From: Chitinophagaceae bacterium
GTDB taxonomy: Bacteria; Bacteroidota; Bacteroidia; Chitinophagales; Chitinophagaceae
Length of the DNA stretch: 64,000 nucleotides
Direction of reading: 5' to 3'
NCBI GenBank assembly: GCA_019638625.1
Contig: JAHBTK010000001.1
Span: 237,434-301,433 of the forward strand
Positions within the stretch are counted from its first letter, which is position 1. Every line of letters starts with the position of its first letter. A program made the position numbers and the translations under genes. Under the pieces are notes generated by a model. The model saw nothing but the letters and a program-made list of their open reading frames with translations, did no database searches and had not been told where the DNA came from. Below, piece after piece: positions 1 through 8,175 of this stretch.

Positions 1-268
1 CCAGGAAAGCGAGGGCTTCTATGTCCAGACCTCCTAACCTGTTCAATACTGCATATCCTTTTGCCTTATTCATCACATCATCGGTGCCAAGCTTTTTTTC
101 ATTCGCTTCTTTTGCCGTCCTTTTGATCCATTGCGTATGCCTTTTGTTTATCTGCGGCATCATTTTGGCAAAAAAAACTTTGGCCTCCTGTGGGGACTCC
201 TGTTGTGCAATGGCTGCAACAGGGAACAGAAAACATCCGGCAAGCAGTGTAAGCAAATGCATTTTCAT
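1..268 (-). CDS. Hypothetical secreted protein, 3' end runs off the window edge
   Basis: The minus strand reads ATG(268-266) AAA ATG CAT, giving MKMHLLTLLAGCFLFPVAAIAQQESPQEAKVFFAKMMPQINKRHTQWIKRTAKEANEKKLGTDDVMNKAKGYAVLNRLGGLDIEALAFL with no stop before position 1. The N-terminus looks like a signal peptide. The ORF is missing from the track because it is truncated. Confidence 0.55.
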   Translation of the reverse strand, partial: MKMHLLTLLAGCFLFPVAAIAQQESPQEAKVFFAKMMPQINKRHTQWIKRTAKEANEKKLGTDDVMNKAKGYAVLNRLGGLDIEALAFL

Positions 269-360
269 GGTAAAAAGTTTTGTCCTTGAAATTAAGCTTT
301 CCTGCAGCAGGACCAAAAGCAATTTTTGGAGAAGCCTCAGCAAAACGGGAATTTTACATT

Positions 361-996
361 TTTTTGCCTCTGGTCAGTGTTGTCACCTACCAGCAGGTGT
401 CTGTTTTATATATGCTCCGCATAATGTGTTATAAAGCCCCAATCATCTTCATTCAACTCGTAATATTTTTCCGACGAATATTTATAGTCCGCCGCAAATT
501 CGCACAACCCGGCTTTCACCAGATTTAAATGCATATAGTCCAACTTTTGTTCTGCCGTTTTACGATTGTACATGGTAGCCTTGTAAGGTCCTCTTTTCCA
601 AAAGTGACAGGAGCGGTCTTGCTGAGTGCTTACATAATTTTCAAGCTCTTGTTCATTGCCGCTATGATCAGATTAAACTTCATCTGTTGTGCGGTGTATT
701 TTAAAAACATCTGCTGAATGTTCTTACTTACCTAGGCATCCTGCTTGCGCAGAGCAAGTGAAGGTGGTTGGACTTCAGCACAAAGCGATATAACCATATA
801 CGGTTTTCTGATGTTAAAAACCCCGGGCTTTCCATCACGATCTGTTTATGCCTATCCATGTGTAACAGGTTTTGCTAATTAAGGCAGGTAGCGGTAAGAA
901 ATTCCATTCCGTTTTCCATAAGCAAAACAATTACTTTAAAGAAAGACTATACGCGGTTCGGTGACAACACCGACCGCAGGCACAAACGGTTTCAGT
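361..996 (-). mobile_element. E1: decayed, near full-length RAYT/IS200-like (Y1 HUH transposase) element with hairpin-bearing inverted ends
   Basis: The left end is TTTTTGCCTCTGGTCAGTGTTGTCACCTACCAGCAGG. The right end is CGGTTCGGTGACAACACCGACCGCAGGCACAAA, its inverted counterpart. The interior encodes a broken transposase on the minus strand. Two shorter copies lie at 14580 and 18675. Confidence 0.8.
406..920 (-). pseudogene. IS200/IS605-superfamily (COG1943, RAYT-like) transposase pseudogene
   Basis: My own minus-strand translation gives MENGMEFLTATCLN*QNLLHMDRHKQIVMESPGFLTSENRIWLYRFVLKSNHLHLL, which contains the HUH-type motif NHLHLL. After frameshifts it continues KNIQQMFLKYTAQQMKFNLI and then YNRKTAEQKLDYMHLNLVKAGLCEFAADYKYSSEKYYELNEDDWGFITHYAEHI*. 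An in-frame TAG and at least two frameshifts break the gene. Confidence 0.75.
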
Positions 997-1108
997 TTGT
1001 TAAACGGCGAAGTGTTTCGGACGGTCGCAGTGCAACTTAATAACTTCTAATTCTTTGTTGTCCATTGCATGACTGCTTAGGTTAAAGGATTTGTTTTTCT
1101 TTCTTTGG

Positions 1109-1768
1109 TTATCTACTCATAAAAAGCCGCCACCTGATAATAATAAATGCTACCAGGCTTATGCATGCAAGTAATAACATTCTTGTTCCATGGTTTCTTA
1201 CGTCTTCTTTGTATGCATAAATTCTTTGTCCATCGGGAAGCGTCTTTTTATAGTAGGCAAAGGTCCATCCAATGAATATCCCGATTAGCCCTCCTATGGC
1301 AGCGGATACATAACCTAAATAGATCCAATATCTGTGAACCGATTCCGGCTTTGCCAGTTCCTTAATGCGATTGGTTTTTAGAAGCCCTGCTATTTCCTGT
1401 TTTACCTCCTTTCCTCTGTCCCGTAGGATCTTTTGAGCTAACTGGTAATCAAAGCGCCCCCATTCGTCAGGCTTTGCAATTATTTCAATTAATTCTTCAT
1501 CTGTAAATTCAAAAAGATAGTAATCTTTATCAATTTCATCGAGTTGTGTTTTATAGTAGTCTTCAAGGGCTTTATTAGCCTTTAGAAAATCTTCCGGTTT
1601 GAGTTTGATGCTTATATCCGGCACTACATCATTAGAAAAACCTGAATCCAGAAATTTTTTATTTTCTTCTACCAGGTAAGGAATGCCTTGCTGTTTAAGC
1701 AGCTCTGCGAATTCGTTAGCAAGTTCAATATCGTTGAAGTTTTGAAAGGTCAGGAGTGTTTCTGTCAT
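1109..1768 (-). CDS. Hypothetical protein with a soluble N-terminal domain and C-terminal transmembrane helices
   Basis: The 219-aa ORF has coding-like composition. Hydrophobic segments occur near the C-terminus (YWIYLGYVSAAIGGLIGIFIGW and MLLLACISLVAFIII). I do not recognise a family. Confidence 0.7.
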   Translation of the reverse strand: MTETLLTFQNFNDIELANEFAELLKQQGIPYLVEENKKFLDSGFSNDVVPDISIKLKPEDFLKANKALEDYYKTQLDEIDKDYYLFEFTDEELIEIIAKPDEWGRFDYQLAQKILRDRGKEVKQEIAGLLKTNRIKELAKPESVHRYWIYLGYVSAAIGGLIGIFIGWTFAYYKKTLPDGQRIYAYKEDVRNHGTRMLLLACISLVAFIIIRWRLFMSR

Positions 1769-2035
1769 AAGCGGATCGTCTTAAATATGAATATATGATA
1801 GTTAGAGGTTCCTGTTTTTTCAGCACCTCCTGTTCCAGGCAGCCAGGAGGCATAGCTTGCTTCGCAACTAAAGGAACTGGTTAAAAATACAAAAGTTCAT
1901 CGTTAATGATGTATTGAGGGCCGTTCATTTATTGCTTCTCCCGGCCTATGGGGAGACGCCGGGACATATTTTCCCTGCTTCTTATGCCAGTTATACCCGG
2001 AAAATCGTAACTTTTACTAAAACCGGGTATTCATC

Positions 2036-4912
2036 ATGACTGCTTTTAAGAAATGGCTGGTTGTGGCTGTTTTTCTCCTGGGCGGTGTTGCAACAAAATC
2101 TCAAAGGATATTTTTTGAGGAGCTTACCGTTGCCGAAGGATTACCCAGTGATTATGTGAACTGCGTCTTTTACGATAGCAGGGGCTTTCTTTGGATTGCC
2201 ACCGACAAAGGCGCCTGCCGCTACGATGGCCGGCAATTTCTGTACCTGACTAAAGACAACGGGCTTAGTTCCAACTTTGTGTATTGTTTTGATGAAGATC
2301 GGGAAGGCAATATCTGGATGGGAACGTTGGAAGGCGGTCTGTGCAAATTCGACGGCAGTAAAGTCATTCCTCATTTTACAGCCGGCAATGAAGAGTTCAG
2401 CCATATTCTCAGCATCCGTTTCAATGCGGACAACAGTTTTTTCCTCACTAATGAGTCGCAGCTTTATTACAGCAGGTCCGAAAACGAAGTTCCCCGTAAA
2501 GTGCAGAATTGCAGTTCTTTTTTTTCACTCGTCAGCGACACCACTTTTATTGCAGGGGATGGTGTAAATATTTTTCTTTTGACCAAAAACAAAAATGATT
2601 TGTCGCTGAGCAAACTCCCTGATAATGATTTCTTCAGGATTTCCGGCAACAGGTTGTTTAAACGGAAAGGAAAAACATTAATCTGCTTTGAAATAAACGG
2701 TACAGACCTTGTGTATAAAAAAAAATTCCTTCTCGGCCAGGCCAGGCTACCCGTGAATGAAACGGATATTAAACAATTCTTCGCCCCCGGTAATGAATTA
2801 TTCATTGCCACCGTCAGCGGACTGATATATATAGATGGAAATAACAACGAATATTTTCTGAACGCCGGTCATGGCATGGGGGTAGATTATATCAGGAGTA
2901 TTTATAAGGACAGGAACGGAAACATCTATCTGTGCACATTTGGTGGAGGCATACGGATATGGCCGGGGACTTACCTGAAGGAGTTCAGGGTGCAGGGGAA
3001 AATAACTTCCGTTTGCCCGGTCGGCGATACGGCTTACATTACAACCGGCAGCAACTTCTATGTTTTTAACCGGCCGGTCAACCGGCTTACAGCTTTCCCA
3101 AACCTCAGCGGGGAAAATTACACTGCTGCCTGCGCCTTGCCGTCAGGCAGGTTTTGCCTCGGCACCATGAACAGCTTCTATGAGCTTCCCAACGCCGCTT
3201 ATCTGCGAAAGCTCACACCTGCCGTCAAATCGGAATTTGAGGTATATGCCAACTCCGGTGTTTCGGGGTTTTTCAGGGATGATGACAGCAATAAATTGTA
3301 TGTGGCCACTTACGGAAACGGGCTGATGGAATCAGTGGGAGGCAGGTTTAAGCAAAGTTTTTTACAAAAGAAGGTTCCGGCCATTATTGAGGCGCTTGTG
3401 CCGGTAAGCGACGGCTTTGCCGCATTGACATACAGCTTCGGGGTCACTTTATTTTCACGCAGGCAGGGTCTGAAACAAATAACAACGAAAGAAAACCTGC
3501 TTTCCAACACCGTGTATTCGGTTTTCCAGGAGAAAGAACATGAGATATGGATAGGAACACATAGCGGTCTTAACCTGTATGATGGCGAAAGGGTTGTAAA
3601 AACTTATACCGCCGCCAACGGGCTTACCGGCAGCAAAGTATTGTGCATATTCCGCGACCCTGATAAACGGTTCTGGGTGCTGAGCGATAAATTTCTGCAC
3701 CTGCTGGAAAATGACAGGCTGAGGGCTATCCGTTCACACCCTCTTTTATACGATGCCCGGAACAGTATTAACAGGGCTGCCTATGATGCAGGGAATAACC
3801 TTCTTTATATTGGTCTTACAGATGCTTTGCTTACGGTGGATATAAAAAAGATCATCCCCGACACCGTTGTCCTGCAGCCGGGAATAACAGGTATGTGGGT
3901 TGACACTTCCGCTATTACTTTGAAGGAAGGCGAAAAAATTGTTATCCCCGAGAAGTCCCGGAAAATAACTTTTGAGTTTCACAGCGTTTTCAGACCGCTT
4001 TCAAAAATGGCTGGTCTGTACTATATGCTCAAAGGTATAGACGATGACTGGCAGTTACCCGATGAATCCGCAAAAGCAGTTTATCAGAAACTGCCGCCGG
4101 GCAATTATGAGCTTGTCGTAAAAACCGTAAACCCTGATGGGTATGTTTTGCCGGAAACCGGCATTCTTCGCCTGGAAGTAATACCACCTTTCTGGAAACG
4201 AACCTGGTTTATGGTGTTGTTTTCATCCCTGCTTTTGCTGTTCTTTTTCGCCACCGGACAGGTTATTTCAAAAAAAAGATACCGCCGCAAATTAAAACGC
4301 CTACAGGAAGAACACAGCCTGCAACTGGAAAGAGAACGGATCGCCATGGAATTGCATGATAATGTAGGATCGCAGCTTACCTACCTAATCAATAAAATTG
4401 AGGATGATTACCCGATGCTGGCCGATAAAAAAGAAGCCGGCAGGCTGAGCGGCTTTGCCCGCAGGGCCATGCAGGAATTAAGAGAAACCATCTGGGCTTT
4501 GGATAAAAAAGAGATGATGCTGCACGACCTCGAATATAAAATTATGCAACTGATCGACAGGCTCAGCAATGAAAACAACAGGATCAGGTATCATGGAACC
4601 GGGGGACATTCAGATAGGGTTTCGCTGAAAGCCCTACAGACCCTTAATATTTACCGCATCATCCAGGAAGCGCTGAATAATGCGCTTAAATACAGCGAAG
4701 CTGAAACCATCAGCGTTTATGTTGACACAGAAGGAAGGATGCTGAATATAAAAGTTACTGATGACGGAAAAGGCTTTGACGCAAAAGAAATATCCCGGGG
4801 CTACGGATTGCGGAATATGAGAAAAAGAGCCCTGGAAATGAATGCCACGATTGATGTGCAAAGCGAAAGAGAAAAAGGGACGGTTATTTCCCTTTCTGTT
4901 CCGGGCGAATGA
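2036..4912 (+). CDS. Hybrid-architecture sensor histidine kinase (periplasmic beta-propeller/Y_Y_Y sensor, TM, HisKA_3, HATPase_c)
   Basis: The 958-aa ORF starts with a signal/TM segment. It carries repeated propeller-like motifs (GLPSDYVNCVFYDSRGFLWIATDKG, NIWMGTLEGGL, EIWIGTHSGLNLYDG), then a TM helix (WFMVLFSSLLLLFFFATG). An H-box (ERERIAMELHDNVGSQLTYL) and an ATPase N/G-box region (NNALKYSEA, DDGKGF, GYGLRNMRKR) follow. Confidence 0.93.
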   Translation: MTAFKKWLVVAVFLLGGVATKSQRIFFEELTVAEGLPSDYVNCVFYDSRGFLWIATDKGACRYDGRQFLYLTKDNGLSSNFVYCFDEDREGNIWMGTLEGGLCKFDGSKVIPHFTAGNEEFSHILSIRFNADNSFFLTNESQLYYSRSENEVPRKVQNCSSFFSLVSDTTFIAGDGVNIFLLTKNKNDLSLSKLPDNDFFRISGNRLFKRKGKTLICFEINGTDLVYKKKFLLGQARLPVNETDIKQFFAPGNELFIATVSGLIYIDGNNNEYFLNAGHGMGVDYIRSIYKDRNGNIYLCTFGGGIRIWPGTYLKEFRVQGKITSVCPVGDTAYITTGSNFYVFNRPVNRLTAFPNLSGENYTAACALPSGRFCLGTMNSFYELPNAAYLRKLTPAVKSEFEVYANSGVSGFFRDDDSNKLYVATYGNGLMESVGGRFKQSFLQKKVPAIIEALVPVSDGFAALTYSFGVTLFSRRQGLKQITTKENLLSNTVYSVFQEKEHEIWIGTHSGLNLYDGERVVKTYTAANGLTGSKVLCIFRDPDKRFWVLSDKFLHLLENDRLRAIRSHPLLYDARNSINRAAYDAGNNLLYIGLTDALLTVDIKKIIPDTVVLQPGITGMWVDTSAITLKEGEKIVIPEKSRKITFEFHSVFRPLSKMAGLYYMLKGIDDDWQLPDESAKAVYQKLPPGNYELVVKTVNPDGYVLPETGILRLEVIPPFWKRTWFMVLFSSLLLLFFFATGQVISKKRYRRKLKRLQEEHSLQLERERIAMELHDNVGSQLTYLINKIEDDYPMLADKKEAGRLSGFARRAMQELRETIWALDKKEMMLHDLEYKIMQLIDRLSNENNRIRYHGTGGHSDRVSLKALQTLNIYRIIQEALNNALKYSEAETISVYVDTEGRMLNIKVTDDGKGFDAKEISRGYGLRNMRKRALEMNATIDVQSEREKGTVISLSVPGE

Positions 4913-4990
4913 AAAATCATCCTTTTGTGTTATTTACCTTTTGCCGGTGCTGAAAGTAAATTGCAGTTTGACAGAAAATGAAGAATATAC

Positions 4991-5635
4991 ATGACAACCC
5001 TCGCAGTAGTGGATGACAACAATATGTTGCGGGAGAACATTCTGAAGCGGCTGAAGGATCATTTCCATATTGTTTTTGAAGCCGGAAATGCCCCCCTGCT
5101 GTTAAAATTTCTCCGCACTCACCCGCCTGCGCAGCACCCGCAGATCATCCTGATGGACATTGGCATGGAGGAAATGGACGGTATTGAGGCTACGGCAGAA
5201 GTGATAAAGCTGAACAGCGCCATTCATGTTATAATGCTTACCGTATTTGAAGACGAAACCAGGGTGCTGAATGCCATCAAAGCGGGGGCCTCGGCCTATA
5301 TTGTAAAAGACGAAAGAAAAGAAACCCTTATCGCAACAATAGAAGATGTCATGCAGGGCGGCTCTTATCTTTCGCCGGCCATTGCCAGAAAAGCCTTTCA
5401 GTACCTGCAGGAAACATACATACCGAAAGAACCCGCAAACGATAATCCTCTGACAAAGCGGGAACAGGAAGTATTACAACTCATCATTAACGGAAAAAAA
5501 TACATTCAGATCGGTGAACTGCTGTTTATCAGCATTGACACCGTTAAATCCCATGTCCGGCATATTTACGAAAAGCTGCAGGTGAGCGGCAAGATGGAAG
5601 CTGCGAGAAAGGCGGCAGATAAAAAATGGCTTTAG
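4991..5635 (+). CDS. Response regulator, NarL/LuxR (GerE HTH) family
   Basis: The 214-aa ORF has a REC domain (IILMDIGMEEMDG acceptor region) and a C-terminal LuxR HTH (LTKREQEVLQLIINGKKYIQIGELLFISIDTVKSHVRHIYEKL). It sits 78 nt downstream of the kinase gene. Confidence 0.95.
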   Translation: MTTLAVVDDNNMLRENILKRLKDHFHIVFEAGNAPLLLKFLRTHPPAQHPQIILMDIGMEEMDGIEATAEVIKLNSAIHVIMLTVFEDETRVLNAIKAGASAYIVKDERKETLIATIEDVMQGGSYLSPAIARKAFQYLQETYIPKEPANDNPLTKREQEVLQLIINGKKYIQIGELLFISIDTVKSHVRHIYEKLQVSGKMEAARKAADKKWL

Positions 5636-5653
5636 GTTTCCTGCTGTACCCTA

Positions 5654-5680
5654 AAAAATCACACAAAATAGCGATTGACT
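5654..5680 (+). promoter_or_regulatory. Conserved box copy 1 (AAAAATCACACAAAATAGCGATTGACT) upstream of barrel paralog 1
   Basis: This 27-nt core is identical to the cores at 6867-6893 and 8079-8105. It ends 56 nt before the ATG at 5737. Confidence 0.6.
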
Positions 5681-5736
5681 GTCCGGCTTTTAAAGCACAT
5701 TTTTATGCAGCATTTTACCGGCTTCAATTATTGTGT

Positions 5737-6855
5737 ATGAAAAGAAACAGTTCCACAGCGCCCCGTTGCATACTGTTGGCAGTCCTTATTTCCATTTGTT
5801 GCCATGCATCTTATGCCCAGCCAAAGTCTAAGACCGAACCCCATTGGGGGAATAACCCTGTAACAAACAAAAAATACCCGGAAGGCTCAACAAAGACCAC
5901 CACTGTGACAACAGATGATAAAACCTTGGACAAAGTGATCAGGATGGAAATAAAAGATAACAAGCAAATAGTGTATGAGGTTGAAACATGGAGATTAACC
6001 ATTGACCGCCGGTTTGAACACGAAAAGATCAGGATGACCCCGTCAGGGAAAATACTTTCAAAAACCACCACACATTTTCAGATTCGCAAACTTGACGACG
6101 GAAACGAAATCTTTGAAGCGCTGTTAGACTGCGGTTTTGACATTAGCGGTCATAAGGTTACAAATTATACTTATGTAAGGAACGAGGAAGGTAAGTGGGT
6201 GGATAAACGAACAGGGGAGCCGGTTAATAATCTCGACAAAGATTATCTTGACGGACTTGGTATGGAGGAAATGAAGAGGTATTATGACCTTGAACTTAGG
6301 CTGGACTACATTTTCCCGAATACTCCCGAACCGCCCTGCAAACAGCAGCAATCAGGCAACTGCCAGCCCAAAGCAGAGTTGTTTGTCGGCTATTCCGCGT
6401 TGCTTGGCGACAGGGGAACAGAAAGTGAATTTTTCCCGGTTGGCGCTCGCGTTTCTTATACTCATGCTTTAAATTCAGATTCACGTATTGGCTTAGGCAT
6501 AGATGGCAGTATCCATACAAAAAAAGACGGCGACCTGACCCTGACCCGCAGCTTTGTACTGGCCAAAGGCCAGTACAATTTGGGCGATCCCGGGAACTGT
6601 AATCAAAAAATACAGTTTGAAGTTCACCTGCTTGCGGGTATGGGTTTTGAAAAGTTGAAATATAAGGCAGGGTATGCTGATTATAGCTCCAGCGGCAGCG
6701 GCCCTGCTTTTGGCGCAGGAGGTGGGGCCAATATGAAATTGTCTGAAAAGATAGCCATAAAAGCCCAGGCAGATTTTATAGCCGTAAAATTCAAAAATAC
6801 GGATGTACTGACCAAGAATTTCCGTTTCAGCCTCGGGGTTAACTTCATTTTATAA
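5737..6855 (+). CDS. Outer-membrane beta-barrel domain protein, paralog 1 (variable N-terminal domain plus roughly 150-aa C-terminal barrel)
   Basis: I chose the internal start MKRNSSTAPRCILLAVLISICCHASYAQ because it gives a signal peptide. The track start at 5626 lies inside the conserved box and overlaps the regulator gene. The C-terminus has alternating beta-strand patterns (ELFVGYSAL, RIGLGIDGSIH, FGAGGGANMKL, KAQADFIAVKF, FRFSLGVNFIL). Confidence 0.8.
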   Translation: MKRNSSTAPRCILLAVLISICCHASYAQPKSKTEPHWGNNPVTNKKYPEGSTKTTTVTTDDKTLDKVIRMEIKDNKQIVYEVETWRLTIDRRFEHEKIRMTPSGKILSKTTTHFQIRKLDDGNEIFEALLDCGFDISGHKVTNYTYVRNEEGKWVDKRTGEPVNNLDKDYLDGLGMEEMKRYYDLELRLDYIFPNTPEPPCKQQQSGNCQPKAELFVGYSALLGDRGTESEFFPVGARVSYTHALNSDSRIGLGIDGSIHTKKDGDLTLTRSFVLAKGQYNLGDPGNCNQKIQFEVHLLAGMGFEKLKYKAGYADYSSSGSGPAFGAGGGANMKLSEKIAIKAQADFIAVKFKNTDVLTKNFRFSLGVNFIL

Positions 6856-6863
6856 AGGCATCC

Positions 6864-6898
6864 GGGAAAAATCACACAAAATAGCGATTGACTTCGCT
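6864..6898 (+). promoter_or_regulatory. Conserved box copy 2 (GGGAAAAATCACACAAAATAGCGATTGACTTCGCT)
   Basis: This copy matches copy 3 over 35 nt and copy 1 over the 27-nt core. The core ends 67 nt before the ATG at 6961. Confidence 0.6.
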
Positions 6899-6960
6899 CC
6901 CGGATACATTCATCTTTAGGAGGCTTATTGGCCTGACCTTCATTTCTAAAACTTACCATT

Positions 6961-8046
6961 ATGCACAGAGACGAATTGTCATTACCGGTTTTTGAAAAAA
7001 TCCCGTTGAAACGCATTACCGGCGTCATTCTCACATGTATTCTTTTGCAAACAGGCGGTGTTTTGGCAAAGGACCAGGAAACCGCTGTTACCGCAGACAC
7101 ATCTTACAGTGCAAACGGCTTCAGGGTGACAGCCGTTATGAAAGATCTTTACGGTAAGGTGATTGTTACAACAGAATACTTCTATGATGATAAAGACAAT
7201 CCCAGGCTGAGATATGTGCAGGAAGAGAGACCGGGTACAGGAAGTATCATCCGCATTAAAGAAACAGGATACAGGGAAGACGGTACCAAAGCAAACGAAA
7301 AAATAATGGAGAAGGAAAAAGTTGAATCCGGCAGCAAATACTTTAAGTGGGACACCCGGACAATCAAACTTGAATGGAAAGAGTTTGATGCAAAAGGCGA
7401 AAAGCAAACCGGCGGGTCTAAAGAAATATTGCTCCCGGAAGGTACACTAAAAAAAGAAGTGTATAACCCGGATGCGAATGAATACAGTTTGTCGGAAACA
7501 AGAAAAGGAACGCTGATTGGCGATGAGGATGATCATGATGACGATGAATATTGCAGCTATCCCCGGCTGAATGTTTCCGGAGGTTATTCTTATTTGCACG
7601 AGAAAACCGGCAATGTAAGTGAAGGGCTTCCGCTTGGCGGGGAGGTTTCTGTAATTTATAAGCTGGGGTCACGCATAGGCGCAGGGATCAATGCCAGCAT
7701 TCACAGCAGGAAAAAGGAGAATCAAACAGTGGTCCGCAGCTTTGTTCTGGTTGAAGCAGAATATACTTTCACAGGCAAGACGCCACCGTGTGAAAAAGAC
7801 AATTTTGCGGAGGTGCATGTTTTGCTTGGGGCTGCAAACAACAAATCTACATTTAAGTACGGCGACGACACTTACACTTCAAAAAGTAGCGGCTTTGCAT
7901 TTGGCGCCGGGATGTCGGGGGTCATTAATATAACCACCAAAACAAGCGTAAAAGCAGGCGTGGACTATATCGGGGTGAAGTTTAAAAATTCAGATGAAGT
8001 GAGCCATAATATCCGGGCTGGCGCCGGGTTGAACTTTAGGTTTTGA
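6961..8046 (+). CDS. Outer-membrane beta-barrel domain protein, paralog 2
   Basis: The 361-aa ORF has a hydrophobic N-terminus and a charged, beta-rich N-terminal domain. The C-terminal barrel aligns with paralog 1 (RIGAGINASIHSRK, RSFVLVEAEY, FAFGAGMSG, KAGVDYIGVKFKN, AGAGLNFRF) and ends in the aromatic residue typical of outer-membrane proteins. Confidence 0.85.
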   Translation: MHRDELSLPVFEKIPLKRITGVILTCILLQTGGVLAKDQETAVTADTSYSANGFRVTAVMKDLYGKVIVTTEYFYDDKDNPRLRYVQEERPGTGSIIRIKETGYREDGTKANEKIMEKEKVESGSKYFKWDTRTIKLEWKEFDAKGEKQTGGSKEILLPEGTLKKEVYNPDANEYSLSETRKGTLIGDEDDHDDDEYCSYPRLNVSGGYSYLHEKTGNVSEGLPLGGEVSVIYKLGSRIGAGINASIHSRKKENQTVVRSFVLVEAEYTFTGKTPPCEKDNFAEVHVLLGAANNKSTFKYGDDTYTSKSSGFAFGAGMSGVINITTKTSVKAGVDYIGVKFKNSDEVSHNIRAGAGLNFRF

Positions 8047-8075
8047 AGATGAGTGTCGCCCGGCAGCCCGGCATT

Positions 8076-8110
8076 GGGAAAAATCACACAAAATAGCGAT
8101 TGACTTCGCT
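8076..8110 (+). promoter_or_regulatory. Conserved box copy 3 (GGGAAAAATCACACAAAATAGCGATTGACTTCGCT)
   Basis: This copy is identical to copy 2. The core ends 70 nt before the ATG at 8176. Confidence 0.6.
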
Positions 8111-8175
8111 ATCCCGGTTTTTCAACTTTACAGCAAGGTTCGTCTTAATAAATATCCCGGCATAAATTTTTAGCT

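Noticed and set aside
21-717. Plus-strand track ORFs 21..434, 280..528 and 529..717.
   Set aside because: - The first is antisense to a convincing signal-peptide gene that runs off the left edge.
- The other two read through the antisense strand of the decayed transposase element E1.
- The same artefactual ORFs recur at 14571..14955 and 18658..19122, inside E2 and E3.
2717-2725. An A9 run inside the histidine kinase gene (GTG TAT AAA AAA AAA TTC) as a possible phase-variation switch for the downstream barrel-protein trio.
   Set aside because: - Lys-Lys-Lys encoded by A-runs occurs in several other genes here, for example in the NERD gene (12078-12085) and in mqo (51122-51129).
- Unlike the dnaX site, nothing in the context suggests it is programmed.
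- It is worth checking only if strain-to-strain length variation is seen.
5626-5736. The track start at 5626 for the first barrel paralog, which would give a 409-aa protein.
   Set aside because: - The extra 37 codons overlap the response-regulator gene end and translate the conserved noncoding box (PKKSHKIAIDC).
- The internal ATG at 5737 gives a proper signal peptide, like the two paralogs.
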